Positions 11,534 to 22,729 of a stretch of 64,000 nucleotides of DNA are shown here, piece by piece. Both the position numbers and the translations under genes were made by a program. The DNA lies in the NCBI GenBank assembly GCA_048772705.1, contig JBLWGC010000033.1, forward strand, positions 248,001-312,000. Direction: 5' to 3'. Origin of the DNA: Leidyana gryllorum EB-2025a. Its lineage: Eukaryota; Protista; Apicomplexa. Below the pieces are notes generated by a model. The model was not told where the DNA came from and ran no database searches. It saw nothing but the letters and a program-made list of their open reading frames with translations. The first letter of the stretch is position 1; each line of letters begins with the position of its first letter.

Positions 11534-13549
11534 ATGAACACTGTATCGCCGCCCCTCAGTCGTGTTGACCATACCAAGTGTGACTGTTTCTTGGATGTGC
11601 CATTGGACGTTGGTTACAAACAGGCCACGTCTGATGGTCTGCGACATTCAGCGGGAGAGTATGAGAACAGCACTCATGAGGCTGAGTCCTGTGCCGTCTC
11701 AGACGACTACAATCTGTGGACACATCTGCCTGAGGATGAAGTGGGAGAAGACGGCTTTTTGCTCTTTGGAATGCGAATGTGGTTCCGCGTGTTGAGGTTT
11801 TTGACAATGTCGGAGTATCAGAAAGTGGGGTTTATTTGTCGAACGGCTTTGGAAAGCGTCAGAGCCACCCAAACGGTCAGATCCATAACGCTCGACGAGG
11901 ATCTGCTCACAATACTGCAAAATCGAAGTTGGTTCAAAGAGACTATCCGACGATCCACTTGCACACTGGAATCAATCGAAATACTGTCCAGAGGAAACAT
12001 GCTGTCCAAAGACAACAATACAATGATGTTGGATTTCGTCCACGATCTCTTCACCCAAAACTCATTCCCTCGACTGCAACGATGTCGACTCAGATTGCAA
12101 TTCGAAAGGCGCTTTCCGGCCTCAGGAATCTATTTCCACTCACTCGAATACCTCGACGTCTCAGAAAGCGTCTTCGCTGAACGTCTCCGTTTCTATATCC
12201 GCGCCCCTCGCTTGGAGGCCGTAGCCGTACGCTCCCGATACCCCGCCTGCGTAGATCACGTCTTGTTTTGGGTCGACGATAAGGTGGATCTGAGCCTCCG
12301 ATCGCCCCCCCTCGCTTTGGCTGGCGAGACGGTGTCGCCACTCATCTCAGTGGGAGAGTGTCGCGCCGTCTCCAGTCAACCGTACATGAATGTCTGGAAA
12401 GAGTCTCAGTGGACCTCGGCGCGCGAGTTGTACAGAGTCACAACGCCTCTGCATCGATGGAGCCAAACTCTGTACGACACTCCTTCATTGGCATTCCGAC
12501 GGATTGGAAGACTGATGAATCAGCCACGACCGGCCATCATGCGTTACCAGTTCCCGACCACTGAGTGGTACGCAATGCTCAACTGGCAGAGTGTAGCCGA
12601 CATCCCCGCGTGGATGGACGATCTGCCCATCCCCTATGCTCCGTGGCTTGAGATGCGTCCCGATGAGGAAGCTCGGATGGTCACCTACTGGCCGGCTACC
12701 GAACATTGGGTGCGGGAGCATTGGGTCACTGACCAGAATGGCGCTGTGCGGCTGGAAGACCCCAGGAGACAAGGCGAGTACAGTTGGGTGACTATAGATG
12801 GCCGTCAGGTGAACGATATGACTGCGCTTCTCAATGGCAGACTGGTGCGCATAGACAATTGTCACGTGACTCTGAGGATTCAGGAGATCACTCCCACTCG
12901 AGACACTCTGGTGCAATGGAGACTGATGCTGAAGAACTGCAATGTGAGACATATTGTTGTATTCCGATGCCATCGCGAGCCATCGGTGATATTCTATCTC
13001 TACCTTTTACTACAGTCTCTATGGAAGGACAGAAAGCTGGCGATAACGGTTCGATGGGCAGCAACGGCCCTGTGGCCGTCTTCGTGGATGGCTATGATCG
13101 CAGAGATGTTAACCGGTCGATACACTGATGACACTTTGCGAAACATCCTGATGGAACTCGATGTCTCTCCCTCGTACATTGCTCATTTTCCCGTCATGGT
13201 GAGAAAGAACTTGAGATGCTGGTTGCGAGGCTTAGACCGCTTCGACGTCGACACTAACGTCGCCTTGGAGCAACACAACCCATTCGGCTCCCTACGCGAT
13301 GAAGAGAGAGACCACCTCAGAGACTGGTACGACGACTTGACCGAAGCGATGCCCACAGATCTCGTCAGAGACAAGGTGTTCGAGTCGTGCGTAGCTACAT
13401 CTGACATTCACCACAGCTACTGGTGGTACTTTTGGCACTTCAACAGTGGGGAGATGCCACCCTATAATGGTATAGTCGTCCCCACCTATCGCGAGCGTCC
13501 GAGGTACGCCCTCGCACCCCCCTCCAAAAGAAGAAGGTGTATCCGATAG
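11534..13549 (+). CDS. F-box-like/LRR-like family protein, paralogue 1
   Basis: 671-aa ORF with an F-box-like WFRVLRFLTMSEYQKVGFICR. Shares PRLQRCRL, SLEYL, IRAPRL and EMLTGRYTDDT with the next two genes. Confidence 0.65.
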   Translation: MNTVSPPLSRVDHTKCDCFLDVPLDVGYKQATSDGLRHSAGEYENSTHEAESCAVSDDYNLWTHLPEDEVGEDGFLLFGMRMWFRVLRFLTMSEYQKVGFICRTALESVRATQTVRSITLDEDLLTILQNRSWFKETIRRSTCTLESIEILSRGNMLSKDNNTMMLDFVHDLFTQNSFPRLQRCRLRLQFERRFPASGIYFHSLEYLDVSESVFAERLRFYIRAPRLEAVAVRSRYPACVDHVLFWVDDKVDLSLRSPPLALAGETVSPLISVGECRAVSSQPYMNVWKESQWTSARELYRVTTPLHRWSQTLYDTPSLAFRRIGRLMNQPRPAIMRYQFPTTEWYAMLNWQSVADIPAWMDDLPIPYAPWLEMRPDEEARMVTYWPATEHWVREHWVTDQNGAVRLEDPRRQGEYSWVTIDGRQVNDMTALLNGRLVRIDNCHVTLRIQEITPTRDTLVQWRLMLKNCNVRHIVVFRCHREPSVIFYLYLLLQSLWKDRKLAITVRWAATALWPSSWMAMIAEMLTGRYTDDTLRNILMELDVSPSYIAHFPVMVRKNLRCWLRGLDRFDVDTNVALEQHNPFGSLRDEERDHLRDWYDDLTEAMPTDLVRDKVFESCVATSDIHHSYWWYFWHFNSGEMPPYNGIVVPTYRERPRYALAPPSKRRRCIR

Positions 13550-13837
13550 ATACAACGGAAATTAACGCGCTCTCTCTCTCTCTCTCTTCAAGTATCCCGC
13601 TTTGCTGTCACACAGACGAAGGAGGAACGAAGGAAGGTACTTTTGAAGGTTTTCCCCCACATAAAGATCAGAGGTAACAACGAAAGGCGTCATCCCATTA
13701 TCGCTAAGGATTGTGACAGTGTCAGTCAGTACCCAAACGGGTGGAGTGTGTAGTCTCCGCCTAAGCACGTAAGTAGTTCGCTGATAATTTGTAGCACTCC
13801 GGAGCCGAAAAAGAAAAGTTTCATTGAGATCGATCCA

Positions 13838-15788
13838 ATGCAGAGCCCAAATCGTGTGGCTCCCACCGATTCCACACCTTTCTGGCACCAAATTCTGGTA
13901 TTTCTACAACTCACTGAATTGGAACACGTGCGTTCAGTCTCTCGTGCCGTCAATCGCACTATTTGCAATTCTCTCTGGTTGACTCATCTGTACCTCGATG
14001 CCCCCACTTACACTTTGGTCCAAAGGGCGGTTTGGTGGGAAGGTCTGCTCGACCGGTCCCGACCCCGCATAGAGTCCTTACGGCTGGAGGACGTTGAGTC
14101 TCGAGCGGGTCTATGTGAGTTCTTCAACAAGCTGTGCGAGCAGCAGCTTCCAAAACTATGTCAGTGTCGACTGTCTCTTCACTTTCGGACAAACGGTCTC
14201 TCCGAACCGTTCATCTGGTCCTTCCCCAAACTTGAGTATCTCAATACATCGGGTGCAGTCTTCTCCGGTTCCCTCGACACGATATACGCAATCATCAAAG
14301 CTCCACAGCTCAGACTCCTGGCAAGTCATCAATTGGGTCTCAGTTTCCTCGAGCACGAGCTCTCCCTCTCGCTACGAGATGAGGTGAGGCGACATGTGCT
14401 CGGGCCCGAGGACACTGTTGTGGTGGAGGTTTCGGATTCAGTCAAGTGGTACCGTGTGGTTCATCCTCGCGTCATGAGTTACGACATCGACTTCGACTTG
14501 GACTCAGATGAACACAGTGATCTTTACTTTGACGACCCACGGAGTATCGTGGCAAATGTCAAGTTACCTTCTCTGGGGAGGTTCTACAAGTGGGGAGTCA
14601 ATGAGTGAGCGGTGAAGTCTGATTGGGCCACTTCTCTCCTTTTTCAGCCTCGAAAACGAACTGCGAGACTTTGTCGAGAGTCGCTGGAAGGCGCTTAGCG
14701 CTCTCCACAGTCCTGCGATACTCAAGGCGGTTGTTGAGTCAAAACCCTTCATATGGACGGTCGGTACCATTAAGACACCCAATGATGGGTGGTCGAGCAT
14801 CAAGGGATCTGAGGATTTCAATGACCTGCCGGACTGGTTGGATGCTGTGCCTCTGCATTACATTCGGCGGCCGAATCCCGAGACTATCACTACGGAAGAA
14901 TGGATTGCTCGTGCCCGACCTCTGCGAGATGATGAGTGGGAATGCTGGCATTTGTCGCCCGACGGTACAGCTTGCCCAGTCCCGAAGGTGGAGGAGTGGG
15001 GGACTGTTAGATATACCGTCGCTGCTGGTGGTGAGGACCCAACGTTGGTCGAGGTGTACTGCCATTCTGACTTGGTCGAGGCGTTCGCAGAACCGGCTCT
15101 GCAGGAGGTTCCTTGGCACTGCCCAGCGCTCTTGCTGATGGACATACAGGACCTGCCAACTGGGACTTGGCGATGGCAGCAATGGGAAGACTGGCAGCGG
15201 CGTCTCCTCGATCTCAAGGTGGCCTATATCCATACAGATGCATTCTTCCGAAGACTCGATACCATCTTCTGGACATATCTGGCACTGTACACACTGTGGA
15301 AACATCATAGCAAAAGGATAGTCATCTCGCAGCTGGCCGTCGCCTGGTTTCCCCACCCGTGGAGGAGAGTGGTGACAGAGCTGCTGACCGGAGATTACAC
15401 AGATGCCACCTTCGAGTGTATTTTTCGCTTCTTCGACGCCCCGGTTCCGAGCACACCGCTCAATGAACTGCCAGAGGACTTGAAGCGTCAAGTCCTCCAT
15501 GCCAGCGAGTCTCTGTGTCGGCCTCTCGGGTGTCTGACATGTTATGAACTGCGCGACTTTCGGCGTTGGTACGACGAGCTGTCTCTACGGTTGGATTCCT
15601 GGAGCATTCCAATCATGAAACCACTGGGGCGTCCAGGTGAAGTGCCAATGGAGATCGGCGTTCCCATGCATCGAACCCCATGGATGACTCGCCACATCAC
15701 TCAACACAATTATCCAATACTCAGGAAGTGGGGACTCCCGATGCACATTGTACCTCTCAGCCCCAAAGCGGACGCAGCAATCCCATGA
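13838..15788 (+). CDS. F-box-like/LRR-like family protein, paralogue 2 (2 exons)
   Basis: WHQILVFLQLTELEHVRSVSR. Intron 14605..14647 (gtgagc..ttttcag) joins the two ORFs in frame. Contains ELLTGDYTDAT and HITQHN. Confidence 0.7.
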
Positions 15789-15937
15789 TAGACACCAATC
15801 CTGGATGGACAGAGAGACACTCTACCCCGCACAGACACTATGCAGATAGAAAGTGATCGACAAAGGGGCCCTACTGAGGCCGCTAGCGGTCCTCTGTTCG
15901 CAGAAAGACATTTTTGGTGAACATCAATCCAGTCGAG

Positions 15938-17941
15938 ATGCGCTATCCACTGACGGCGAGGCTATGGGCCCAAATTCTCGACTTTGTACCATTGATTGAG
16001 AGTGCTCGATTGAGCTCCGTGTGCAAGACACTGGACGAATGTGTCAGACATATACTGGTTTCTACAGTCGTCCGATTGACCACAGCGGAATACGTTATAC
16101 TGCGACGGACAGTGTGGTGGGACTCATGGATGGCACGAACCGCCCGTGTGGTGGAATCGATGGATTTGGTCGACAATGACGGCAACCACGACTTTCAACG
16201 TTTCTTCCTGCGTATGTGTGCAATGGGGATGCCTTCATTGAAACGGTTGCGACTCGACTGGGCTTTCGGTGGAGCTCTCCTGGGAACAGAGGAGGAATGG
16301 AACTTCCCGTCGTTGACGTATCTGAATATCTTTGAGTGCTCGTTCCGCCGGAATGTTGACCTGCGGTCGCTGAAGATCGTGGCTCCCAATCTGAGAACTA
16401 TGGGGTTCGAGAAGCGTATGAGATCGATTCTCGATACCGCATTACTCAAACGCTTCCAAACAGAGTTGTGTGAAACTCTCGAGCGCAGTCAGCCATCGTC
16501 AGAAGCGTTAACGGCCGTCATCGTGAGTGTCGACCTTCCGATGAAGTGTTTGACTTGCGTTACAAACTTGTTCAATGACGAATGGATACCGCTCGCGGAA
16601 GACATGGTGACTGACGACCGATGGGAGACCACCCGCACAATCTGTCCGGTGCTCAAAATTCCGAGCACTCATAATGGTCGACCCTCCGGAGATCTCCGAG
16701 ACGCCTGCTTGAGTGAGTGGCCAGCTGATCCCAGGTGAGGAGAGATTACAGTGACTCTCTGTCTGCACGGCTCGCCGGTCACCTTTTGGCCGCCGCAGCA
16801 TCTCGATCGACCCCCCATCATTGCCCTCAGAGAGTCGGAGGAATTGGTCCGCTATGCCGAGAAATGGTGGTGCCATTTCTCGACAAAGTTACCACCGGAC
16901 GTCCGTCAGATTCTGGCTGACGCCGCCGACTATGAAGGCGTTTGCCATGCGAGTAGGAATGAAGCGAAGGGGTGGGTGGGGTCGCAAAGGGAGCGGGACT
17001 GGGAAACTAGACGCCCTCCCCACTGGCTGGACGTTGCTCCGCTGTATCGTCCTTTGGTGGTGGACGGAAGTGATGGGGCGGCTGACTTTTGCGAATGGCT
17101 GCCCTGGATGCAATATTTGAGAAGCAAAGATCCGATCTGCGCAGCTCTTTCAGCGGGACGGCACCGTACTGAGGCCGATGTGGAACTGATTCGCGGAATG
17201 AAACGGTTGCAGATCGAGGGTTATTACCACGAGAGGTACGTAAAGAATCTTATGGTCAACGAGAAAGCGCCCTGGGACCCGGTCACATGTGAGGTGATAC
17301 TTTGTGTGGACTCGTTGTGCCTCCCCGACACAGCACAAGATGTCGAGATGTGGTTAGGATGCATCAACCGGCTGCACATACGGTATATCGCCATCTACTC
17401 TCACATCAAAAGTGTGAAACCGCTCTGCTGGACCTATTTGTTGCTCCAAAGTCTGCACCGCTTAGAGTCGACAACTATCATTCTTAGCTCTCATGTGCTC
17501 CCTTACTACCCTTACCCGTGGAGTGAGGTGATGTACGAACTTTTCACCGGGAACTACACAGAGACCACCTTACACCGAGTCCTCTCGTTCATCGGAGTTC
17601 CTCGCAAGACGAAAGATCTCTGTGTGTCCACCACAACCAGTCTTGAGGAACACAAGAAATTGTGGCCTCAGATCGAGAAGTTCGTCTCCCAAGAAGATAT
17701 GAAGCCCATTTCAATCGGTGTATTATCAGAGAGTCAGAGACGTCACTTCTCGAAAATATACCGACGAATAGAGAGAGACGCACCATTGTCTGCCCAACCG
17801 GCAGACCGGTTTGCCAACACTTACACTTTCTTGGGCCACATTACTCCCCACAATCAGTGGTATTTAGATCGCCTGAGAAGTCGTGATTTCGCAACGCTAA
17901 ACGCCTGGAACGTCCCCGTCAAACTCCCGTTGTTTGGTTAA
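15938..17941 (+). CDS. F-box-like/LRR-like family protein, paralogue 3 (2 exons)
   Basis: LWAQILDFVPLIESARLSSVCK. A 39-nt intron at 16713..16751 removes an in-frame TGA. Contains ELFTGNYTETT and HITPHN. Confidence 0.7.
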
Positions 17942-18040
17942 ATGCGACACCAATTGAGTTCAAAATGCATTTAAGGTGGGGAGTCAGTCTACCATTGATG
18001 CGGATTTCGATGCCAATGAATCATATACGGAATGAATGGT

Positions 18041-19975
18041 CTATTTGCGAGTCTCCGAGACCAATTTGTGTAATTTGGCAATGTTCGGGAACTTCTCGTT
18101 CCAGTTCTCAGAAATCCATCCAGAAGCTCCGATCACAAAGTCCGTCTCGTAGGCAATGTAAAAGTCGATCCACGACAGCTCGCCACCCACAGCGTAGCCC
18201 TCCTCTGATTGAGACAGTCCCAGAAGCTTCTCGACAATCTCAAGTTGCTTCTCAAAGTCGGGCTTGTTGGTCTCTCTGAGCGCATCGCGCTCGGGTCCCT
18301 CGGGAGCGGCATACGGCCGCGTCCTCACGTCCACCACGTTGTTGTACACAGAGTAGAGAGCCATGGCTTGGGAGCGGCCCTTCCAGGTGCGCGGGACGAG
18401 GTGTGCCCTTTCGGCGGCATACAGTACGCAGCCCAGAGTCTCGTAGATTCTGTCAGAGCCAACGTCCAGATAAGGACACTTGCCGGTGAGGGCCTCAGCT
18501 TTGAGAGTGTCTCTCCACTGATCCCACCCGAAGCGGAAGTCCTCAAAGTCAATGTTGCCGTATTTGAAGATCTGACGGATCGACTCGGCCCTTCCCGGGA
18601 TGTCTCCGTAGACCAATTTGGGTGTGACCACCGGGAATCTCAAGAGATAGTCGGCAATGACCGGATGACTGACAACCAGTTGAGTGACCTTCGCGCAGTT
18701 GGGATAGTTTGTCCAGAGACCCTCAACGTGGATGCCGAGCAGTCGGGTATGAATCAGATTCATAATGTTGGCCACCAACAAGTCGGCGAAGCTGAGTTTG
18801 TCACCGACAATGTAGCCTTGTTTGGATTGTTTGAGGCCGACAATGGCTTCCAGTCGGTTCAGAAGTGCGGGGAGAGTCTCTTCATTGACAATTTTGAGGT
18901 TCTTCGCCTTCTGCTCCTCATCAGTTTCTGTGTAAATAGTCTTCAAGATGGGCGAGATCGGAATGATGGTCATGCCAACAGAGTAAGCGTGAGCATAATG
19001 GCTGTCTTTCCAGGGCACCAGACCACTCTTGCTGGCGGCGTGAATCACAGTCGCCACCGACTCTGTGAGAAACTCTCCTTCGGCAACCTCCAAGGCAGGC
19101 ATAGTGCCAGCGGGGATCTTGGCTTTGAGTTCGGGCCAGTTCTCATCAGTGACAAAGACATTCTCATACTCGACTCCTCCAATCTCGAACGCCCAGCGGG
19201 TGGGGGCTGCCAAGCCATCAAAGTTGCGGTAGTAAAGACGAGGTTTCCATGGAGCCTTGGCACTCGTGTACTTTTTGACCGCCGGATGATTCTCGACGGC
19301 ATCGTGAACACTCTGGATCTTGGGGTACTTGGCCGCGAACCCCTCCATGGCTTCAGGCACATAACTCTTCCAGTTGCGAACACTGGTGTACACAATAATG
19401 TCGGCGTAGCTCAACGAGTCAGCGAACAGCCATCCGTTCGGCGACGGATTGATAGTCGCTTCAATCCGATCACAGATCGTCGGCATCGTTGCTGCGAGAC
19501 GCCCGAGAATGGCCGCACGACGCTCCTGGAACGGCAGCTGGGTGCTCACGGCGTCTCCTTGACCCGTCAACTCCGCCAACATGCTCTGGATGCTGCGAGC
19601 GCGATCACGGTCAACCGGCAACTCCGGTGCGAGACCCGCACGACGAGCCGCGAATGCCAGAATGGCACTCGACTGGACAATTGTCTCGCCATTCACTTCG
19701 AGGATGGGAAGTTGGCCGTGGGGAGTATACTTTTTGTACTTTGCCTCAAACTCCTCGTGGTTCTTGATACGACGGTCCACAAACTTGACGCCTCCCAAAT
19801 GGAAAGTCAGACGCACTTGCTCTGCCAATCCCTCGCCGTCAAAGTAGGTCAACACCGGAATGCCGCCATAAGAAGCTCCGTCCATCGGGCCTCCACACAT
19901 CCGATGTCCCGGGCTCTTCTCGCCGTTCGAGCCGTGACGGCGCGGTCCACGAGATTGACTTCGACTCTGAGCCAT
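18041..19975 (-). CDS. triple-domain glutathione S-transferase (sigma-like), copy 1
   Basis: Three units start LTYFDGEGLAEQVR, LYYRNFDGLAAPTR and LVYGDIPGRAESIR. Each has the cis-Pro loop (QLP/TMP/KCP), QS/ES/ET and the N-cap box LSxxD. Confidence 0.92.
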   Translation of the reverse strand: MAQSRSQSRGPRRHGSNGEKSPGHRMCGGPMDGASYGGIPVLTYFDGEGLAEQVRLTFHLGGVKFVDRRIKNHEEFEAKYKKYTPHGQLPILEVNGETIVQSSAILAFAARRAGLAPELPVDRDRARSIQSMLAELTGQGDAVSTQLPFQERRAAILGRLAATMPTICDRIEATINPSPNGWLFADSLSYADIIVYTSVRNWKSYVPEAMEGFAAKYPKIQSVHDAVENHPAVKKYTSAKAPWKPRLYYRNFDGLAAPTRWAFEIGGVEYENVFVTDENWPELKAKIPAGTMPALEVAEGEFLTESVATVIHAASKSGLVPWKDSHYAHAYSVGMTIIPISPILKTIYTETDEEQKAKNLKIVNEETLPALLNRLEAIVGLKQSKQGYIVGDKLSFADLLVANIMNLIHTRLLGIHVEGLWTNYPNCAKVTQLVVSHPVIADYLLRFPVVTPKLVYGDIPGRAESIRQIFKYGNIDFEDFRFGWDQWRDTLKAEALTGKCPYLDVGSDRIYETLGCVLYAAERAHLVPRTWKGRSQAMALYSVYNNVVDVRTRPYAAPEGPERDALRETNKPDFEKQLEIVEKLLGLSQSEEGYAVGGELSWIDFYIAYETDFVIGASGWISENWNEKFPNIAKLHKLVSETRK

Positions 19976-20050
19976 TGTAATTGAGAGCTGAGGAATGAAT
20001 CCAATACAATTTTTCTCTTAACAGAGATGAGGACTGATACAGTGTGTTGC

Positions 20051-20107
20051 TTGGGACACGCCATCGTGTCGTTGGGACACTGGAACATCTCATTTTCAAA
20101 TGGGACA
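20051..20107 (-). promoter_or_regulatory. clustered TTGGGACA/TGTCCCAA elements upstream of GST copy 1
   Basis: ttgggaca at 20051 and 20072, atgggaca at 20100. The same word recurs upstream of other GST copies. Confidence 0.6.
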
Positions 20108-20245
20108 TTCAATTGGAAGTGTCTGTGCCCTCAACGAGCATTGATGGATCGATTGATTGATTGATAGAGTCTTTCAAAGTTTGACATGTGATCTGTTGTG
20201 CTTTTCACTGTACTGTATTACACAAAAAGGGACATTGAGAGTGGT

Positions 20246-22183
20246 CTATTTGCGGAGTTCCAAGACCAATTTGTGGAGCTTCGCAACGTTGGGGTACTTC
20301 TCGGTCCAGTTGTCCGGGAGCCAACCAGAGACTCCAGAGACAAAGTCGGTCTCGTAGGCAATGTAAAAGTCGATCCACGACAGCTCTCCGCCAACTGCAT
20401 AGCCTTCGAGTGATTGAGACACAGCCAACACCTTCTCGACAATGGCGAACTGTGTCTCAAAGTCGGGCTTGTTGGCCTCTCGGAGAGCATCACGCTCGGG
20501 TCCGGCGGGAGCCGCATAAGAACGGCTTCTGACATCCACTGTGTTGTTGTAGACAGAGTAGAGCGCCATGGCCTGAGAACGAGCCTTCCAGGTGCGCGGG
20601 ACGAGGTGGGCTCTTTCGGCGGCATACATGACGCAGGCAACAGTCTCATAAATTCTGTCGGTACCAATGTCGAGGTAGGGGCACTTGCCGGTGAGAGCAT
20701 TGGCCTTGTAGGTCTCGTTCCAGTCTTGGAAGGAGATACGAGTGTCTTCGAACTCGATGTTGCCGTATTTGAAGATCTGGCGAATGGCCTCTGCGCGAGC
20801 GCTGACGTCAAAGTAAGTCAGCTTGGGGGTGACCACAGGAGACCGGAGGAGATAATCGCTCACAATTGGATGACTGATGACGAGATCGTAGACTTTCCGG
20901 CAGTTCGGGTAGGCGGTCCACAGATCCTTGACGACAATGTTCAGGTTGCGGGAAGCGACCATGTTCCAGACGTTCGCCACCAACAGGTCAGCAAAACTGA
21001 GTCTGTCTCCCACCACGTATCCCTGCTTAGACTGCTTGAGACCGACAATGGCTTCAAGTCGCCCGAGCAAGCTGGGCAGAGTCTCCTCATTGACGATCTT
21101 GAGGTTCTGAGCCTTCTCCTCCTCAGATGCCGCACCATAAATGCTCTTCCAGATGGGCGATAAGGGAACAATGGTGAGACCCACAGAGTACGCGTGGGCA
21201 AAGTGAGCCTCTCTCCAGGGGATGAGACCGGCGCGGCGGCACACGTGGACGAGAATGGCCAGAGACTCGGTCAGGAACTCTCCCTCGGCAATCTCCAAAG
21301 CCGGCACGGTGCCAGCAGGAATCTTAGCCTTCACTGAAGGCCACTCTTCGGAGGTGATTCTCTTGTCCTCGTACTCAATTCCGCCAATTTCGAAAGCCCA
21401 ACGGATCGGAGCGGCCAAACCGTCCACGTTGTAGTAGTAGAGCTTCGGCTTGAAGGGGGTCTGATCCTCCCGGTACTTCCGGACGGCCGGATGCTCTTCG
21501 ACCGCCTGATAGACCGAAGCCATTCGAGGGTACGTCTCGGTCCAATTCTCCAATTGTTCTGCCCCAAAGAACTTCATGAGCCGTACGGTGCAGTGGAGGG
21601 CAATGTCGGCGTAAGAGATAGTGTCGGCGAAGAGCCAGCCATTCTGGGAAGGCTTGATGGTAGCCTCAATACGAGCAGCGATAGTGGGCCACGTGGTCTC
21701 CATACGCTTCTTCATGCTCGCCACACGCTCCTCGGCCGAGAGGCTCGGGCTCGTCGCGTCGCTGATGCTCATCAGCTCCACCAGCATACTCTGGACAGAG
21801 CGAGCCTGGTCGCGATCGAGAGAGCTTTCTGGCACGAGACCAGCTCTCCGGGCCGCGTAGGCCATAATCGCCGCAGACTGTACAATGATCTCGCCATCCA
21901 CCTCCAAAATGGGCAGTTGGCCGTGAGGAGTATAGGCCTTGAACTTCTTGGCAAACTCTTCCTTGTCCTTCACCCGACGATCGACGAATTTGACTCCTCC
22001 CACCGCAAAGGTCAGACGAACTTGCTCCGCCAAGCCCTCCAAGTCAAAGTAAGTGAGAACAGGTGTGCTGCCTGGACCAGCATGACACGGACGCCCACCT
22101 CCACAGCCCATCGGCTTTCCGTGGTGAGGACCCTTTCCGCTCAGGGGTCCACGGCTTTGGCCTCGGTGCTTGTTTTGCATCAT
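20246..22183 (-). CDS. triple-domain GST, copy 2 (closest paralogue of copy 1)
   Basis: Units LTYFDLEGLAEQVR, LYYYNVDGLAAPIR and LTYFDVSARAEAIR. ATG 22183 was chosen by similarity to the copy 1 N-terminus (QSRGP..CGG); the ORF stays open to 22360. Confidence 0.92.
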   Translation of the reverse strand: MMQNKHRGQSRGPLSGKGPHHGKPMGCGGGRPCHAGPGSTPVLTYFDLEGLAEQVRLTFAVGGVKFVDRRVKDKEEFAKKFKAYTPHGQLPILEVDGEIIVQSAAIMAYAARRAGLVPESSLDRDQARSVQSMLVELMSISDATSPSLSAEERVASMKKRMETTWPTIAARIEATIKPSQNGWLFADTISYADIALHCTVRLMKFFGAEQLENWTETYPRMASVYQAVEEHPAVRKYREDQTPFKPKLYYYNVDGLAAPIRWAFEIGGIEYEDKRITSEEWPSVKAKIPAGTVPALEIAEGEFLTESLAILVHVCRRAGLIPWREAHFAHAYSVGLTIVPLSPIWKSIYGAASEEEKAQNLKIVNEETLPSLLGRLEAIVGLKQSKQGYVVGDRLSFADLLVANVWNMVASRNLNIVVKDLWTAYPNCRKVYDLVISHPIVSDYLLRSPVVTPKLTYFDVSARAEAIRQIFKYGNIEFEDTRISFQDWNETYKANALTGKCPYLDIGTDRIYETVACVMYAAERAHLVPRTWKARSQAMALYSVYNNTVDVRSRSYAAPAGPERDALREANKPDFETQFAIVEKVLAVSQSLEGYAVGGELSWIDFYIAYETDFVSGVSGWLPDNWTEKYPNVAKLHKLVLELRK

Positions 22184-22269
22184 GATCCGGGAAGTGCTGG
22201 AAGTAGAAGTGTTGCGATGTGTAGGAGAGATGTCCTGAGTTTTTGGCAACCTGAAATAAAAGACTGCAC

Positions 22270-22297
22270 TTGGGACATCGCTCAGCACTTTGGGACA
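22270..22297 (-). promoter_or_regulatory. paired TTGGGACA elements upstream of GST copy 2
   Basis: ttgggaca at 22270 and 22290, with another at 22436. Confidence 0.6.
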
Positions 22298-22729
22298 CCC
22301 ATTGCCTTTTTGGTCCGCAGCTCTTATGCAAATCCTGGCTGCTGCTGCTGCACTCATCAAGTGGGAACTGATGATAATTGAGTGCTCGGCCTGGAAGAGA
22401 GTGTCTTGAAAGGGAGGAGATTGAAGCTGTCGACTTTGGGACAGCGGGGATTCAGTGGGTCGGGAGTGGGGGGGGCGTTGGTCGCGGTCGAAGAGTCGAC
22501 GGTACCCCGATCCTGACCTCCTATTCTGATCACATCTCTTTGGTTCTTTCTCTGTCAGTGAGCGTACAGATTGTTGGTTCGAAGGTTAGAGGGTGTCAAG
22601 TCATCATCGGGGTGCAAAGGATCTATAATGAGTTGATGAGGGTGCTGAGAATGTCTCTGTTCGATCTTATTATGGCTAATAACTAAACATCGTATATCAA
22701 CTTGGTGTCGTTAGACCAAAAAATGTCTC

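Noticed and set aside
16736-16738. In-frame TGA between same-frame ORFs (also 46644..46646), suggesting selenocysteine or readthrough
   Set aside because: Both TGAs fall inside canonical 39-nt GTGAG..CAG introns whose removal keeps the frame.
18209-19984. 591-aa antisense ORF over GST copy 1, and similar shadow ORFs
   Set aside because: Codon-aligned mirror of a biased coding strand, with no recognisable protein features.
22184-22360. 59-aa N-terminal extension of GST copy 2
   Set aside because: It spans the upstream motif pair and has no counterpart in copy 1, so it is more likely promoter or UTR, though not excluded.
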